64,000 nucleotides of DNA from Clostridia bacterium (GTDB taxonomy: Bacteria > Bacillota > Clostridia > Christensenellales > UBA1242). Positions 1 to 8,597 of the stretch are shown piece by piece; the stretch's first letter is position 1; the number at the start of each line of letters is the position of its first letter. The notes beneath the pieces are model-generated. The model had not been told where the DNA came from. It worked only from the letters and a program-made list of their open reading frames with translations, and searched no databases. Location of the stretch: the NCBI GenBank assembly GCA_050872785.1, contig JBNMHO010000001.1, positions 22,937 to 86,936 of the forward strand, written 5' to 3'. Position numbers and translations under genes: made by a program.

Positions 1-2987
1 TCGTCCATATAGTTTTCAAGTGGGTGACCCGAAAGATAAATTCCCAACACTTGTTTTTCAAATTTAAGTTTTGCTTGTTTTGCATATTCTGGAATGTCTG
101 GCATCTTGACATAGGTCTTTGCACCTTGATTTAGGTCTGGGTTGTCAAACAAACTAAATTGCCCTGTGGCTCTGTTTTTAAGGTCCTTTGCAACAACGTC
201 CATAACAAGTTCATAAACGCTCATCATTTGCGACCTTGCCACGCCAAAACAGTCAAAAGCACCACTCAAGATCATGCTTTCAATACACCTTTTGTTTGCT
301 CCGCCACCTTGGGTTCTTTCCACAAAGTCATATAAGTCTTTGTATGGCCCCAGTTTTTCTCTGTTTGCAATAATTTCTTCAACAACTGCAATGCCCACAT
401 TTTTAAGTGCTGCAAGTCCAAAACGAATTTTGCCGTCTTCCACGCTGAAATATGCTTCTGATTTATTTACATCTGGTGGCAAAACTTCAATGTTATGCTG
501 TCTGCAATAGACGACATATTTTGTTATTTCGTCAATGGAGAAAATTCGGTCATTTAGAACAGCGACCATAAATTCCACTTCATAATAGCACTTAAGATAG
601 GCTGTTTGATAAGTTATATAGGCATAGGCGGCGGCGTGAGATTTATTGAAGGCGTATTTTGCAAAGTCTTCCATATCGGCAAAAACTTTTCTTGCAACTT
701 CTTCCGGCACTCCTCGTTTCAAGGCGCCATCAATGCTTTTTAGTCCTTTAGGATCTTGCCAGCCAAAAATAAATTTTTCTTTTTCAGCCGCCATTTTTTC
801 GACCTTTTTCTTGCCCATAATACGTCTGACGTTATCTGCTTGTCCAAGAGAGTATCCCGCCATTGCTTGCACAATTTGCATAACTTGCTCTTGATAAACA
901 ATAATGCCATAAGTTGCTTCCAAGATAGGTCGCAAACATTCGTGGTCATATTTAATTTTTTCTGGGTGGTGCTTGTTATCTACATAGGCGTCAATATATT
1001 TCATAGGGCCTGGACGATAAAGCGAAACGCCAGCGATAATATCTTCCAAGCAGTCGGGGCGAAGTTTTTTCATAAAGCTTTTCATTCCGCCACTTTCAAG
1101 CTGGAATATAGCGTCTGTGTTGCCAGAAGCAATAAGTTTGAAGACATTTGGGTCGTCATATTCCATGTCATAGAAGTCAATATCCACGCCATGAATTTTT
1201 TTGACCAGCTTTATAGTTTTGTTAATATCCGTCAAGTTGCGAAGCCCCAAAAAGTCCATTTTCAAAAGTCCCAAGTCCTCAAGTTCAATCATGGAATATT
1301 GAGTTGCAATTTCATCACCATTTTTGGCAAGAGGAACATAGTTGTCAACTGGCTCTGGGGCAATTAGAATTCCGCAAGCGTGAGTTGATGCTTGACGTGG
1401 CATAGTTTCCACTTTTATGCTCATATTAACAACTTTTCTTATTGCGTCATCTTCGTCATAAAGTTTTCTTAGGCTTTGAATAATATATTTGTCATTGGCT
1501 GGGTCGCCAGTTGTGCCAAAATAATATTTCAAAACAGGAGGTTTTTTCAACCCTTCTGGCAATTTGGCTGGAATTTCCTTACAAATTTTGCTCACATCAT
1601 AAAGTGGCAATCTCATAACACGTCCCACATCTCTTATGGCATTTTTGGCTGCGATTGTGCCAAATGTTCCAATGTATGCCACATTGTCTTTGCCATATTT
1701 TCTTTTTGCATATTCAATAACTTCACGGCGTCTGTCATCGGAAAAGTCCACGTCAAAGTCGGGCATTGAAACACGTTCTCTGTTGATAAATCTTTCAAAA
1801 AGAAGATTGTATTTTATTGGGTCAACCATTGTTATGCCCGAAGTGTAGGCGACAATGCTCCCCGCCCCACTTCCACGACCGGGGCCGACTGGAATGTTGT
1901 GTTGCTTTGCGTAGTTAATGTAGTCCCACACAACAAGAAAGTATTCCACAAAGCCTTGCTCACGAATAATATCCAGTTCATAATCTGCTCTGGCTTGAAT
2001 TTCTGGGGTGATATTTGGATAGTGTTTTTTAAGTCCGTCATAGCAAAGTTTTTTCAAAAACTCATAAGCAGTCATGCCTTCTGGCACATACTTTGGAATA
2101 AAGTTTTCGTTATCTCTAAGTGAACAACCGTCTGGAATTGTTGGAATGTCTTTATGACTTTTTGTTTTGATTGTGACAAAGCACTTATCTGCAATTTCTT
2201 GTGGAGTGTCAAGAGATTCTGGATAAGCACCCAAAGCTTGTTCCATTTCTTCCCTTGTCTTAACAAAAAACTCATTTGTTGCAAACTTGAATCTGTCTGT
2301 GTCGTCAATGTTTTTGTTCATTGCAATGCACATCAACACGTCTTGCACTTCGGCATCTTCTCGCTTTATATAATGAGTGTCGTTTGTCGCAACTGTTTTA
2401 ACGCCCAGCTTTTTTGCAAGTTCATTTAATGGTTCCAATATTTCAATTTGTTCTGGCAGTCCATGGTTTTGAAGTTCGATATAGAAGTCACCTTCATCAA
2501 ACATGTTTTTTAGTCTAAGTCCAAGTTTGTATGCCTCATCAAATTGTCTATTAAGCAGTGCTTGTGGAATGTGTCCCGCAAGGCAAGCACTAAGGCAAAT
2601 AAGACCTTTTGAGTGTTGCTCCAAAACCTCATAGTCAATTCTTGGCTTATAATAGAAGCCTTCCTTGCAAGCAATGCCGTTGAGTTTTAAGAGATTGTGA
2701 TAACCCTCATTGTTTTTTGCAAGCAAAATGAGGTGACCTGTATCTTCTCTGCCCGTTTTATTAAATCTATCATGAGCAATATAAAACTCGCAACCGATAA
2801 TTGGCTTTATTCCATTTCTATAACATTCAGCATAGAACGCCAAAGCGCCCGCCATTGTTCCATGGTCGGTTATTGCCACTGCGTTTGCGCCTTGTTCCTT
2901 AACTGTTTGGACAAGTTGTTTAACTTTTGACGCCCCGTCAAGAAGGCTGTATTCTGTGTGATTGTGAAGGTGAATAAAAGTTTTCAT
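1..2987 (-). CDS. dnaE: DNA polymerase III alpha subunit, DnaE-type (5' part of the gene; C-terminal end lies beyond the left edge)
   Basis: Absent from the ORF track because no stop codon falls inside the window. My own minus-strand translation from the ATG at 2987 gives MKTFIHLHNHTEYSLLDGASK (N-terminal PHP domain). It also gives HNIPVGPGRGSGAGSIVAYTS (about 1840-1900) and a PDFDVDF motif. The frame stays open to position 1. The ATG overlaps the whiA stop (ATGA at 2984-2987). Confidence 0.9.
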   Translation of the reverse strand, partial: MKTFIHLHNHTEYSLLDGASKVKQLVQTVKEQGANAVAITDHGTMAGALAFYAECYRNGIKPIIGCEFYIAHDRFNKTGREDTGHLILLAKNNEGYHNLLKLNGIACKEGFYYKPRIDYEVLEQHSKGLICLSACLAGHIPQALLNRQFDEAYKLGLRLKNMFDEGDFYIELQNHGLPEQIEILEPLNELAKKLGVKTVATNDTHYIKREDAEVQDVLMCIAMNKNIDDTDRFKFATNEFFVKTREEMEQALGAYPESLDTPQEIADKCFVTIKTKSHKDIPTIPDGCSLRDNENFIPKYVPEGMTAYEFLKKLCYDGLKKHYPNITPEIQARADYELDIIREQGFVEYFLVVWDYINYAKQHNIPVGPGRGSGAGSIVAYTSGITMVDPIKYNLLFERFINRERVSMPDFDVDFSDDRRREVIEYAKRKYGKDNVAYIGTFGTIAAKNAIRDVGRVMRLPLYDVSKICKEIPAKLPEGLKKPPVLKYYFGTTGDPANDKYIIQSLRKLYDEDDAIRKVVNMSIKVETMPRQASTHACGILIAPEPVDNYVPLAKNGDEIATQYSMIELEDLGLLKMDFLGLRNLTDINKTIKLVKKIHGVDIDFYDMEYDDPNVFKLIASGNTDAIFQLESGGMKSFMKKLRPDCLEDIIAGVSLYRPGPMKYIDAYVDNKHHPEKIKYDHECLRPILEATYGIIVYQEQVMQIVQAMAGYSLGQADNVRRIMGKKKVEKMAAEKEKFIFGWQDPKGLKSIDGALKRGVPEEVARKVFADMEDFAKYAFNKSHAAAYAYITYQTAYLKCYYEVEFMVAVLNDRIFSIDEITKYVVYCRQHNIEVLPPDVNKSEAYFSVEDGKIRFGLAALKNVGIAVVEEIIANREKLGPYKDLYDFVERTQGGGANKRCIESMILSGAFDCFGVARSQMMSVYELVMDVVAKDLKNRATGQFSLFDNPDLNQGAKTYVKMPDIPEYAKQAKLKFEKQVLGIYLSGHPLENYMD

Positions 2988-3961
2988 AATGTTCCTTTGT
3001 CAATTTTATCTGCTATTTTTATTATCCTTGAAAATTGGTGATTTATCCCACTTTTAGTTATAGGCGTCTTTGAAAGTTTTGTCAAGTTGTCAAGCGACTC
3101 CTCGGGGTTTGCGAGCCTCAACACACAGAGTTCACGAAGATTTATTGGCAACGATTCAAAGCCTATTGTGTCTTGAATTTTCTTAATTGCCATAACTTGC
3201 CTAATGCTTGCATTTATGGTCTTTGTTATGTTTGCATTAAGGCAGTTGTTTTGCCTATTTATATTATTTCTAACTTCCCTCAAAGTCATTTCATTTTGCA
3301 ATTTTAAAAGGCATTTTGTCGCCCCAACTATTGCAAACAAATCACTCACTTTTTCCGCTTCTTTTATATATAGCACATAAAGATTGTTGCGAACATTTTT
3401 CTTATTTGTTATGCCAAGAGAAAACAAAAGATTTGACACATCGTCAGCAAAACTTTCGCTAACAAAGACAAATTCCCAATGATAGCCACAAAGTTTGCGA
3501 ATTTTTTCCCCACTTGAAAGCACAATGTTTGAAGTGGAACACGTGGCAAAAACGCCTTTAAGATAAGTTCTTGCACAGCAATCGTTTTCTATAATATGCT
3601 CGTCAAGCCCAGGGATAAGCGTAAAATCGCCCCTAGCGTTTGACCTTGCAATTCCACAGTCAAAAAGAAGTCTGTTTGTGCAACTTTGTGGAATGGATAT
3701 AACATATCTCACTGCTTTGTTTATGTTTGCGTCATCGTCAAGTCGCATTTCTGCATATTCGCCATAAAGTGTTTTTAGGCAGTCGTTGACAACATCATAC
3801 ACCTTGTCCACATCGGTCTTAAGTTCCACAAAAATATCTTTGCCACTTTTTGTAAGTTCCCCGCACGAATGAACAACAGCGGACAAAAAAGCAAGTTTGC
3901 AACATTCATTTTGAATTGGGGCTTCAAGACATTCAAGTTTGGCATCATGTGCAAAGGACAT
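2984..3961 (-). CDS. whiA: WhiA-family DNA-binding regulator (325 aa)
   Basis: The size is typical of the family and the N-terminus is WhiA-like (MSFAHDAKLECLE...CCKLAFLSAVVHSCG). The C-terminal HTH segment is LSKTPITKSGINHQFSRIIKIADKI. An AGGAGA RBS sits 10 nt after the murB stop. Confidence 0.8.
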   Translation of the reverse strand: MSFAHDAKLECLEAPIQNECCKLAFLSAVVHSCGELTKSGKDIFVELKTDVDKVYDVVNDCLKTLYGEYAEMRLDDDANINKAVRYVISIPQSCTNRLLFDCGIARSNARGDFTLIPGLDEHIIENDCCARTYLKGVFATCSTSNIVLSSGEKIRKLCGYHWEFVFVSESFADDVSNLLFSLGITNKKNVRNNLYVLYIKEAEKVSDLFAIVGATKCLLKLQNEMTLREVRNNINRQNNCLNANITKTINASIRQVMAIKKIQDTIGFESLPINLRELCVLRLANPEESLDNLTKLSKTPITKSGINHQFSRIIKIADKIDKGTL

Positions 3962-3971
3962 TTCCGTTCTC

Positions 3972-4883
3972 CTATTTTAAGATTTCGATTTCTTCAACAA
4001 GCATTATATCATATTTTTTGAAAACTGTTTCTTTTATTTTGCAAATTATCCAAAAAACATTGTTAAATTTTGCATTTCCGCTTTTATTTATAACAAATCC
4101 GCAATGTTTTGTGGAAATTTCCGCCCCGCCATGGCTCAGTCCCTTAAGTCCCGCTTGCTCAATAAGAACGGGCGCAAACGTCCCTTTTGGTCTTTTAAAC
4201 ACACTTCCCGCACTTCTAAAACTGTGTGGCTGGCTTTCCCTCCTCTTTTTCAAAATGTCAAAACTCGTCTTTTCTATCTCGTCTTTATTCCCCTTTTTAA
4301 GTTTAAAAACAACTTTCAAAATGACATAATTTTTGTCTGAAAAATAACTATGCCTATAGGAAAAGTCTAAATTTGCTAGGCACTTTTTTCTTAACTTTTC
4401 GCCGTCAAAATAATACACCGTCTGCACCACGTCTTTTATCTCGCCGCCAAAACTTCCGCTATTCATCTTTATAGCCCCACCCACACTGCCTGGGATTCCA
4501 TAACTCCACTCCAGCCCAGACAAAGCGTTTTCCATGGCAAAATTGTTAAGCCGAATTAAACTCACCCCCGCCCCGCAAACAATTTTATCGTCACGGAGTC
4601 TAATGTCTTTTATGTTGTTTTTTATAACGAGCAAATCGTGATATTTATCGCTTGCCAAAATGTTGCTCCCAAGCCCCAAAATGAAATATTTTAAATTAAG
4701 ACTTTTTGCCTCACGAACAAGTGACACCATATCTGACGCACGCTCAACTTCCACATAAATTGCAATTTTCCCACCAATGCCGAAAGTTGTGTGTGACTTA
4801 AACTTTTCATCAGTCAAAAAACATAGGTGCGGAAACTTCTCCCGCAACAATTTCAAATACTTCTTTGTTTTGTTTTTTCTCAT
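3972..4883 (-). CDS. murB: UDP-N-acetylenolpyruvoylglucosamine reductase (303 aa)
   Basis: FAD-binding MurB hallmarks are present: SHTTFGIGGKIAIYVEV, ILGLGSNILASD, IPGSVGGAIKMNSG and RSAGSVFKRP. Confidence 0.9.
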   Translation of the reverse strand: MRKNKTKKYLKLLREKFPHLCFLTDEKFKSHTTFGIGGKIAIYVEVERASDMVSLVREAKSLNLKYFILGLGSNILASDKYHDLLVIKNNIKDIRLRDDKIVCGAGVSLIRLNNFAMENALSGLEWSYGIPGSVGGAIKMNSGSFGGEIKDVVQTVYYFDGEKLRKKCLANLDFSYRHSYFSDKNYVILKVVFKLKKGNKDEIEKTSFDILKKRRESQPHSFRSAGSVFKRPKGTFAPVLIEQAGLKGLSHGGAEISTKHCGFVINKSGNAKFNNVFWIICKIKETVFKKYDIMLVEEIEILK

Positions 4884-4959
4884 ATTCTTCTATATGATTT
4901 TTTTCTTACATCCGCCATAACAAATTTTATAAATTAAAATTATTTATATTTTTTCTTAA

Positions 4960-5042
4960 TTTTTGTATCATTTTTGTATCATTTTTGTATCATTTTTGTA
5001 TCATTTTTGTATCATTTTTGTATCATTTTTGTATCATTTTTG
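4960..5042. repeat. Perfect tandem repeat: 11-bp unit TTTTTGTATCA x7 plus a 6-nt partial eighth copy
   Basis: Read directly. Units start at 4960, 4971, 4982, 4993, 5004, 5015 and 5026, with the partial copy at 5037-5042. It is intergenic, between the terminator of the 5072-6160 gene and the murB start. On the minus strand the unit reads TGATACAAAAA, giving one A5 tract every 11 bp. Confidence 0.95.
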
Positions 5043-5045
5043 CGT

Positions 5046-5069
5046 AAAAAAATCAGACTTTTGTCTGAC
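5046..5069 (-). terminator. Weak rho-independent terminator after the 362-aa gene
   Basis: TCAGAC (5053-5058) and GTCTGA (5063-5068) form a 6-bp stem with a 4-nt loop. On the minus strand this is followed by T7. It starts 3 nt after the stop at 5072. Confidence 0.4.
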
Positions 5070-5071
5070 TT

Positions 5072-6160
5072 TTATTTCCCGCATAATGTTTTTGCAGCCA
5101 CAGATTGATTGCGTTCAATTTCTTCTTTTGAAACAAAAGCATTTACGCTTTGAAGTGGGAGTGCTAGTGCTTTTTCAAACTCACTCATATAATCGCTTTC
5201 ATATATTTTAAGATTGGTCACTGAAAACAGCCCATAGTTTGCAATGTCTTTTTGGGCGGAGTCTGATAAAAGGAAACTGGCAAAGTTTGTTGCCACTTCA
5301 CTTTTTGCTTTGTCCAAATTGCTGCTCACTCCGATATATTGCACAAGGTCACTATAGTGTGACAAAAATTCATATTTGCAAGGCGATATGTTGCCGTTTT
5401 GCTCTCTATTTTTTATTCTTGCAACATCTCTTGCAGTGCCAACAAGGCTTTTTGTGGTCTTTTTCAAAAAGTTTGAATACGCAAGATATGTTGTCGTATC
5501 AATGGTCACATCTTGTGCTTGAAGTTTTATATTATTGCAACAAAGTGCTTGGGCGGGGTTTGTTACACCAGCGCCGAAAATTGTGCCACCTACCCTCTTT
5601 TTGCCCTGTTTTGCCAAAGTGAGTTTTGCTGTCAATGTTTCGTCTTGAGCGGTCAAACTTTCATAACTTATGACAGCATATCCCGAAAGCAAATATGGAT
5701 AAGCATAAATTTTACCCGATAAAGTAGCATTATTTTGCAAATCTTCCCTTATATTTGATTGTTTTTTAAGCGTTTGAAGTTTGCTTTGGATGTAACTTCC
5801 CGCCCCAGTTCCGAAAGAATACAAGTCTGCCGAGTATCCACTATTTATGTTAAGTTCAAACTCGTCAAGGCTCATTGTTGTGACGGAAACAAAAAAGTTA
5901 TTGTTTTGTTTGTTAAACTTTTCCGCTTGACGTTTCAAAAACCCAGCACGGCTGGCACTTCCACCTTCAAATGTTTCCACATGGCAAAGGTCAAGCACAA
6001 TTTTATTTCCGCCTTCTAGGTTTAAAAATTCGTTGAGATTGAGTTTGAAGTTGTCTTCACAAAATAGCACTGCGGGCGAAAAAAATACAAAGCATAAAAC
6101 AAACGCCACAAAAACTGCTCGCCAGAAATTCGGATAGGAAAATAGACGAAAAAACCGCAT
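5072..6160 (-). CDS. Membrane-anchored or secreted protein with periplasmic-binding-protein-like features (362 aa); function unknown
   Basis: It has an N-terminal hydrophobic anchor (FWRAVFVAFVLCFVFFSPAVLF). A pattern reminiscent of type-2 solute-binding proteins follows (IVLDLCHVETFEGGSASRAGFLKRQAEKFNKQ...SGYSADLYSFGTG). No permease or ATPase genes are adjacent. The functional call is weak. Confidence 0.5.
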   Translation of the reverse strand: MRFFRLFSYPNFWRAVFVAFVLCFVFFSPAVLFCEDNFKLNLNEFLNLEGGNKIVLDLCHVETFEGGSASRAGFLKRQAEKFNKQNNNFFVSVTTMSLDEFELNINSGYSADLYSFGTGAGSYIQSKLQTLKKQSNIREDLQNNATLSGKIYAYPYLLSGYAVISYESLTAQDETLTAKLTLAKQGKKRVGGTIFGAGVTNPAQALCCNNIKLQAQDVTIDTTTYLAYSNFLKKTTKSLVGTARDVARIKNREQNGNISPCKYEFLSHYSDLVQYIGVSSNLDKAKSEVATNFASFLLSDSAQKDIANYGLFSVTNLKIYESDYMSEFEKALALPLQSVNAFVSKEEIERNQSVAAKTLCGK

Positions 6161-6177
6161 AAAAATATTTATGCGGT
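6148..6177 (-). terminator. Rho-independent terminator of uvrC, overlapping the start codon of the next gene
   Basis: On the minus strand ACCGCATAAA-TATT-TTTATGCGGT forms a 10-bp stem with a 4-nt loop, followed by TTTTT. The stem arms are at 6154-6163 and 6168-6177. The ATG at 6160..6158 lies in the 3' arm. Confidence 0.65.
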
Positions 6178-6199
6178 CTTATAGTAAAATTAGAATATT

Positions 6200-8014
6200 T
6201 TATTTAACTTCTTTTAGTTTTTCAATAATCTCATTTGCTAGTTTTGGAGTTATGCCACTGACGGTTACAAGTTCATCGGCAGTTGCTTTTTTCATGCGTT
6301 TTACGCTCTTAAATTTTGAAATCAAGTTTTCTTTTTTAACTTTTCCAAGCCCTTCAATTTCGTCAAGCACGCTTGTAACTTGAGTCTTTTTTCGCAAGGA
6401 CCTATGGAATGTTATTGCAAATCTGTGGGCTTCGTCACGCACTTTTTGAAGAAGTTTTAGGCAGTCATCATCTTTTGAAAGTTTGACAGACACTGGGTTA
6501 CTTTCAACAAATACTTCCTCCTCTTGCTTTGCAAGGCTTATGACGTCAATGTTTTGATTGTAAGATTTGATAAGTTCCCTACATGTGTTAATTTGTCCTT
6601 TTCCACCGTCAATCAAAATGACACTTGGCACGCTTGAAAAACTTATGTCATCGCTATTCAATTTCTCAAGTCGCCTTGTAATACTTTCCTTTAAACTCTC
6701 AAAGTCGTTTGGTCCAACAACATTTTTAATCTTAAACTTTCTATAATGTTTTGACGCTTTTGAACCGTTTATAAACACCACCATGCTACAAACAGAGTTC
6801 GTCCCCGAAATGTTTGAAATGTCATAGCCTTCAATTCTGAGTGGCAAATTTCTAAGCCCCAATTTTTCTTGCAATGATTTCAAAATCTCCATTTTTTTGG
6901 ACTTTTTCTTCACTTCTAGTTCGCAATTTTTGGAAAGATACTCTTCCGCATTGTTCTTTGCTTGAAGCAGAAGTTGCTTGTTTGCACCCTTTTCGCCAAC
7001 AACTACTTCAATGTTTTTGCCGTGTCTTTTGGAAAGTTCCTTGAACAAGGCGTCATCAAGGTCAACTGAAATTGGAAGCAAAATTTTGTCTGGCAGCAAG
7101 TTCATCATCATATAATATTGCGTCAAAAATGACATGAGCATTTGCTCATCATCAATTTGCGAATTGTCAAAATTAAAGTGCTTTACTCCCATCATTTTGC
7201 CGTCACGAACAATAAGAACACTGAAAACATAGAATAAATCGCTTTTTGCAAGTCCGAAAACGTCAATATTTGCTGTGTTTGTAAGAGCGGTGACACTTCT
7301 TTCATTAAGACGTGTTAGCATGATTTTTAGGTCACGGAGTTTTATTGCGAGTTCAAAGTTTTCTACTTCAACTGCTTGTTCCATTTTTTTGCAAATAATA
7401 TCATACACCGCATTTTCTTTCCCACTTAAGAAATCACAAACTTTTGGCAAGATTGCTCTGTATTCATCTTTTGTTATTTTGCACATGCAAGGCGCGGAAC
7501 AAAGTCCCAAGGAATAATTTAGACACGCCTTGTGCATTTTATTATTGTCTTTTATTTTCTTGCTGCAAGTTCTTATTGGATAGGCATAATTCACTGCACT
7601 TATAATCTCATTTGGGTTCAAGTTAAAATAAGGCCCGAAATATTTTGCCCCGTCTTTTTTCACCTTTCTAACAACTTCAAGTTTTGGGAAGTCCTCTGCC
7701 ATATTTATTTTGATATATGGATAGGCTTTGCTGTCCTTTAACAGAATATTGTAAAATGGCTGGTGTTTTTTTATGAGATTACATTCAAGCATAAGAGCGT
7801 CAAGTTCGGAGTTTGTGAGAATGTAGTCAAAATCTGCGACTTGTGACACCATACTTTTCACTTTGTCTGCATGCGTGTTGCCAACAAAATATTGACTAAC
7901 TCTATTTTTTAGTCTTTTTGCTTTCCCAATGTAAATTATGTTGCCAAACTTGTCCTTCATGATATACACGCCCGGTGACAGTGGCAATTTGCTAACTTTT
8001 TCTTTGATATCCAT
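6200..8014 (-). CDS. uvrC: Excinuclease ABC subunit C (604 aa)
   Basis: It has an N-terminal GIY-YIG module (GVYIMKDKFGNIIYIGKAKRLKNRVSQYF). It also has a UvrBC-interaction region and a C-terminal helix-hairpin-helix (LDEIEGLGKVKKENLISKF). Confidence 0.93.
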   Translation of the reverse strand: MDIKEKVSKLPLSPGVYIMKDKFGNIIYIGKAKRLKNRVSQYFVGNTHADKVKSMVSQVADFDYILTNSELDALMLECNLIKKHQPFYNILLKDSKAYPYIKINMAEDFPKLEVVRKVKKDGAKYFGPYFNLNPNEIISAVNYAYPIRTCSKKIKDNNKMHKACLNYSLGLCSAPCMCKITKDEYRAILPKVCDFLSGKENAVYDIICKKMEQAVEVENFELAIKLRDLKIMLTRLNERSVTALTNTANIDVFGLAKSDLFYVFSVLIVRDGKMMGVKHFNFDNSQIDDEQMLMSFLTQYYMMMNLLPDKILLPISVDLDDALFKELSKRHGKNIEVVVGEKGANKQLLLQAKNNAEEYLSKNCELEVKKKSKKMEILKSLQEKLGLRNLPLRIEGYDISNISGTNSVCSMVVFINGSKASKHYRKFKIKNVVGPNDFESLKESITRRLEKLNSDDISFSSVPSVILIDGGKGQINTCRELIKSYNQNIDVISLAKQEEEVFVESNPVSVKLSKDDDCLKLLQKVRDEAHRFAITFHRSLRKKTQVTSVLDEIEGLGKVKKENLISKFKSVKRMKKATADELVTVSGITPKLANEIIEKLKEVK

Positions 8015-8067
8015 TTTTCCCTCAACAATAGTCTATCACAAAAAAAATCAAAATAAAAGTATTTTTG

Positions 8068-8430
8068 CTAGTTTGCGTCTATCATTGTTGAAACATCACT
8101 CATAAGGTTTTCAATATTGCTCCCCGCAAGGCTATAAATTATGCTTTTGCCCGAACGTGAATTTTTGACTGCACTGCAATTTTTTAGAAATCTGAGTTGA
8201 TGACTGAGGGTTGTTTGATTGATACTCAAAACCTCTGCCAAGTCACCAACGCACATATCCCGAAGCGAAAGCGCCGTCAAAATTTTTAGTCTTGTTGGGT
8301 CTGCATAAATGGCAAAAATATCCGCCATATCACAAAAAGTTTTGGCATTTGGCAAAAACCATTTTATATCATCAACATACCCTTCCACCGATTTTTCATA
8401 ATTCTGTCGCAACTTTTCCCTCCCTAACAT
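8068..8430 (-). CDS. ArsR/SmtB-family transcriptional regulator (120 aa)
   Basis: It carries a winged-HTH signature: ADPTRLKILTALSLRDMCVGDLAEVLSINQTTLSHQLRFLKNCSAVKNSRSGKSIIYSL. Confidence 0.85.
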   Translation of the reverse strand: MLGREKLRQNYEKSVEGYVDDIKWFLPNAKTFCDMADIFAIYADPTRLKILTALSLRDMCVGDLAEVLSINQTTLSHQLRFLKNCSAVKNSRSGKSIIYSLAGSNIENLMSDVSTMIDAN

Positions 8431-8597
8431 ATACTACTTAAAATCTTTCAAATTCTCTTTTGTAAGACAAAATAAGTTTAGTTTGTCAGTTTCTAAAAAA
8501 ATTTTAACAAAGAAAAGGAAATAAAACAAACGACTTGCATTGCGACATTTGACAAAAAAGAATTTAAAAGAAAAAATTTTGTTGTTTGGAGGGCAAA

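Noticed and set aside
756-1367. Plus-strand ORFs antisense to conserved genes. Examples are 756-1367, 10775-11488, 11938-12555, 13315-14016, 17503-17880, 18108-18731, 21543-22448, 23475-24041, 33707-34153 and 60556-61041.
   Set aside because: They lie entirely inside well-supported minus-strand genes. They have Phe/Cys/Leu/Ser-rich low-complexity compositions typical of shadow frames. They also lack RBSs.
1-2987. The ORF track lists no long ORF over the first 3 kb. This at first suggested a pseudogene or an alternative genetic code.
   Set aside because: Manual minus-strand translation gives an uninterrupted DnaE sequence from the ATG at 2987 to position 1. It is missing only because it has no in-window stop. 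TGA clearly functions as a stop for whiA, so there is no evidence for recoding.
4960-5042. Possible CRISPR array or minisatellite-type mobile element remnant.
   Set aside because: The repeats are directly abutting 11-mers with no spacers. No cas genes, inverted repeats or transposase are nearby.
4963-5211. An 82-aa plus-strand ORF with the repeated peptide YHFCIIFVSFL.
   Set aside because: It is an artefact of translating the 11-bp tandem DNA repeat, which gives 33-bp periodicity. It runs on into the antisense of the neighbouring gene.
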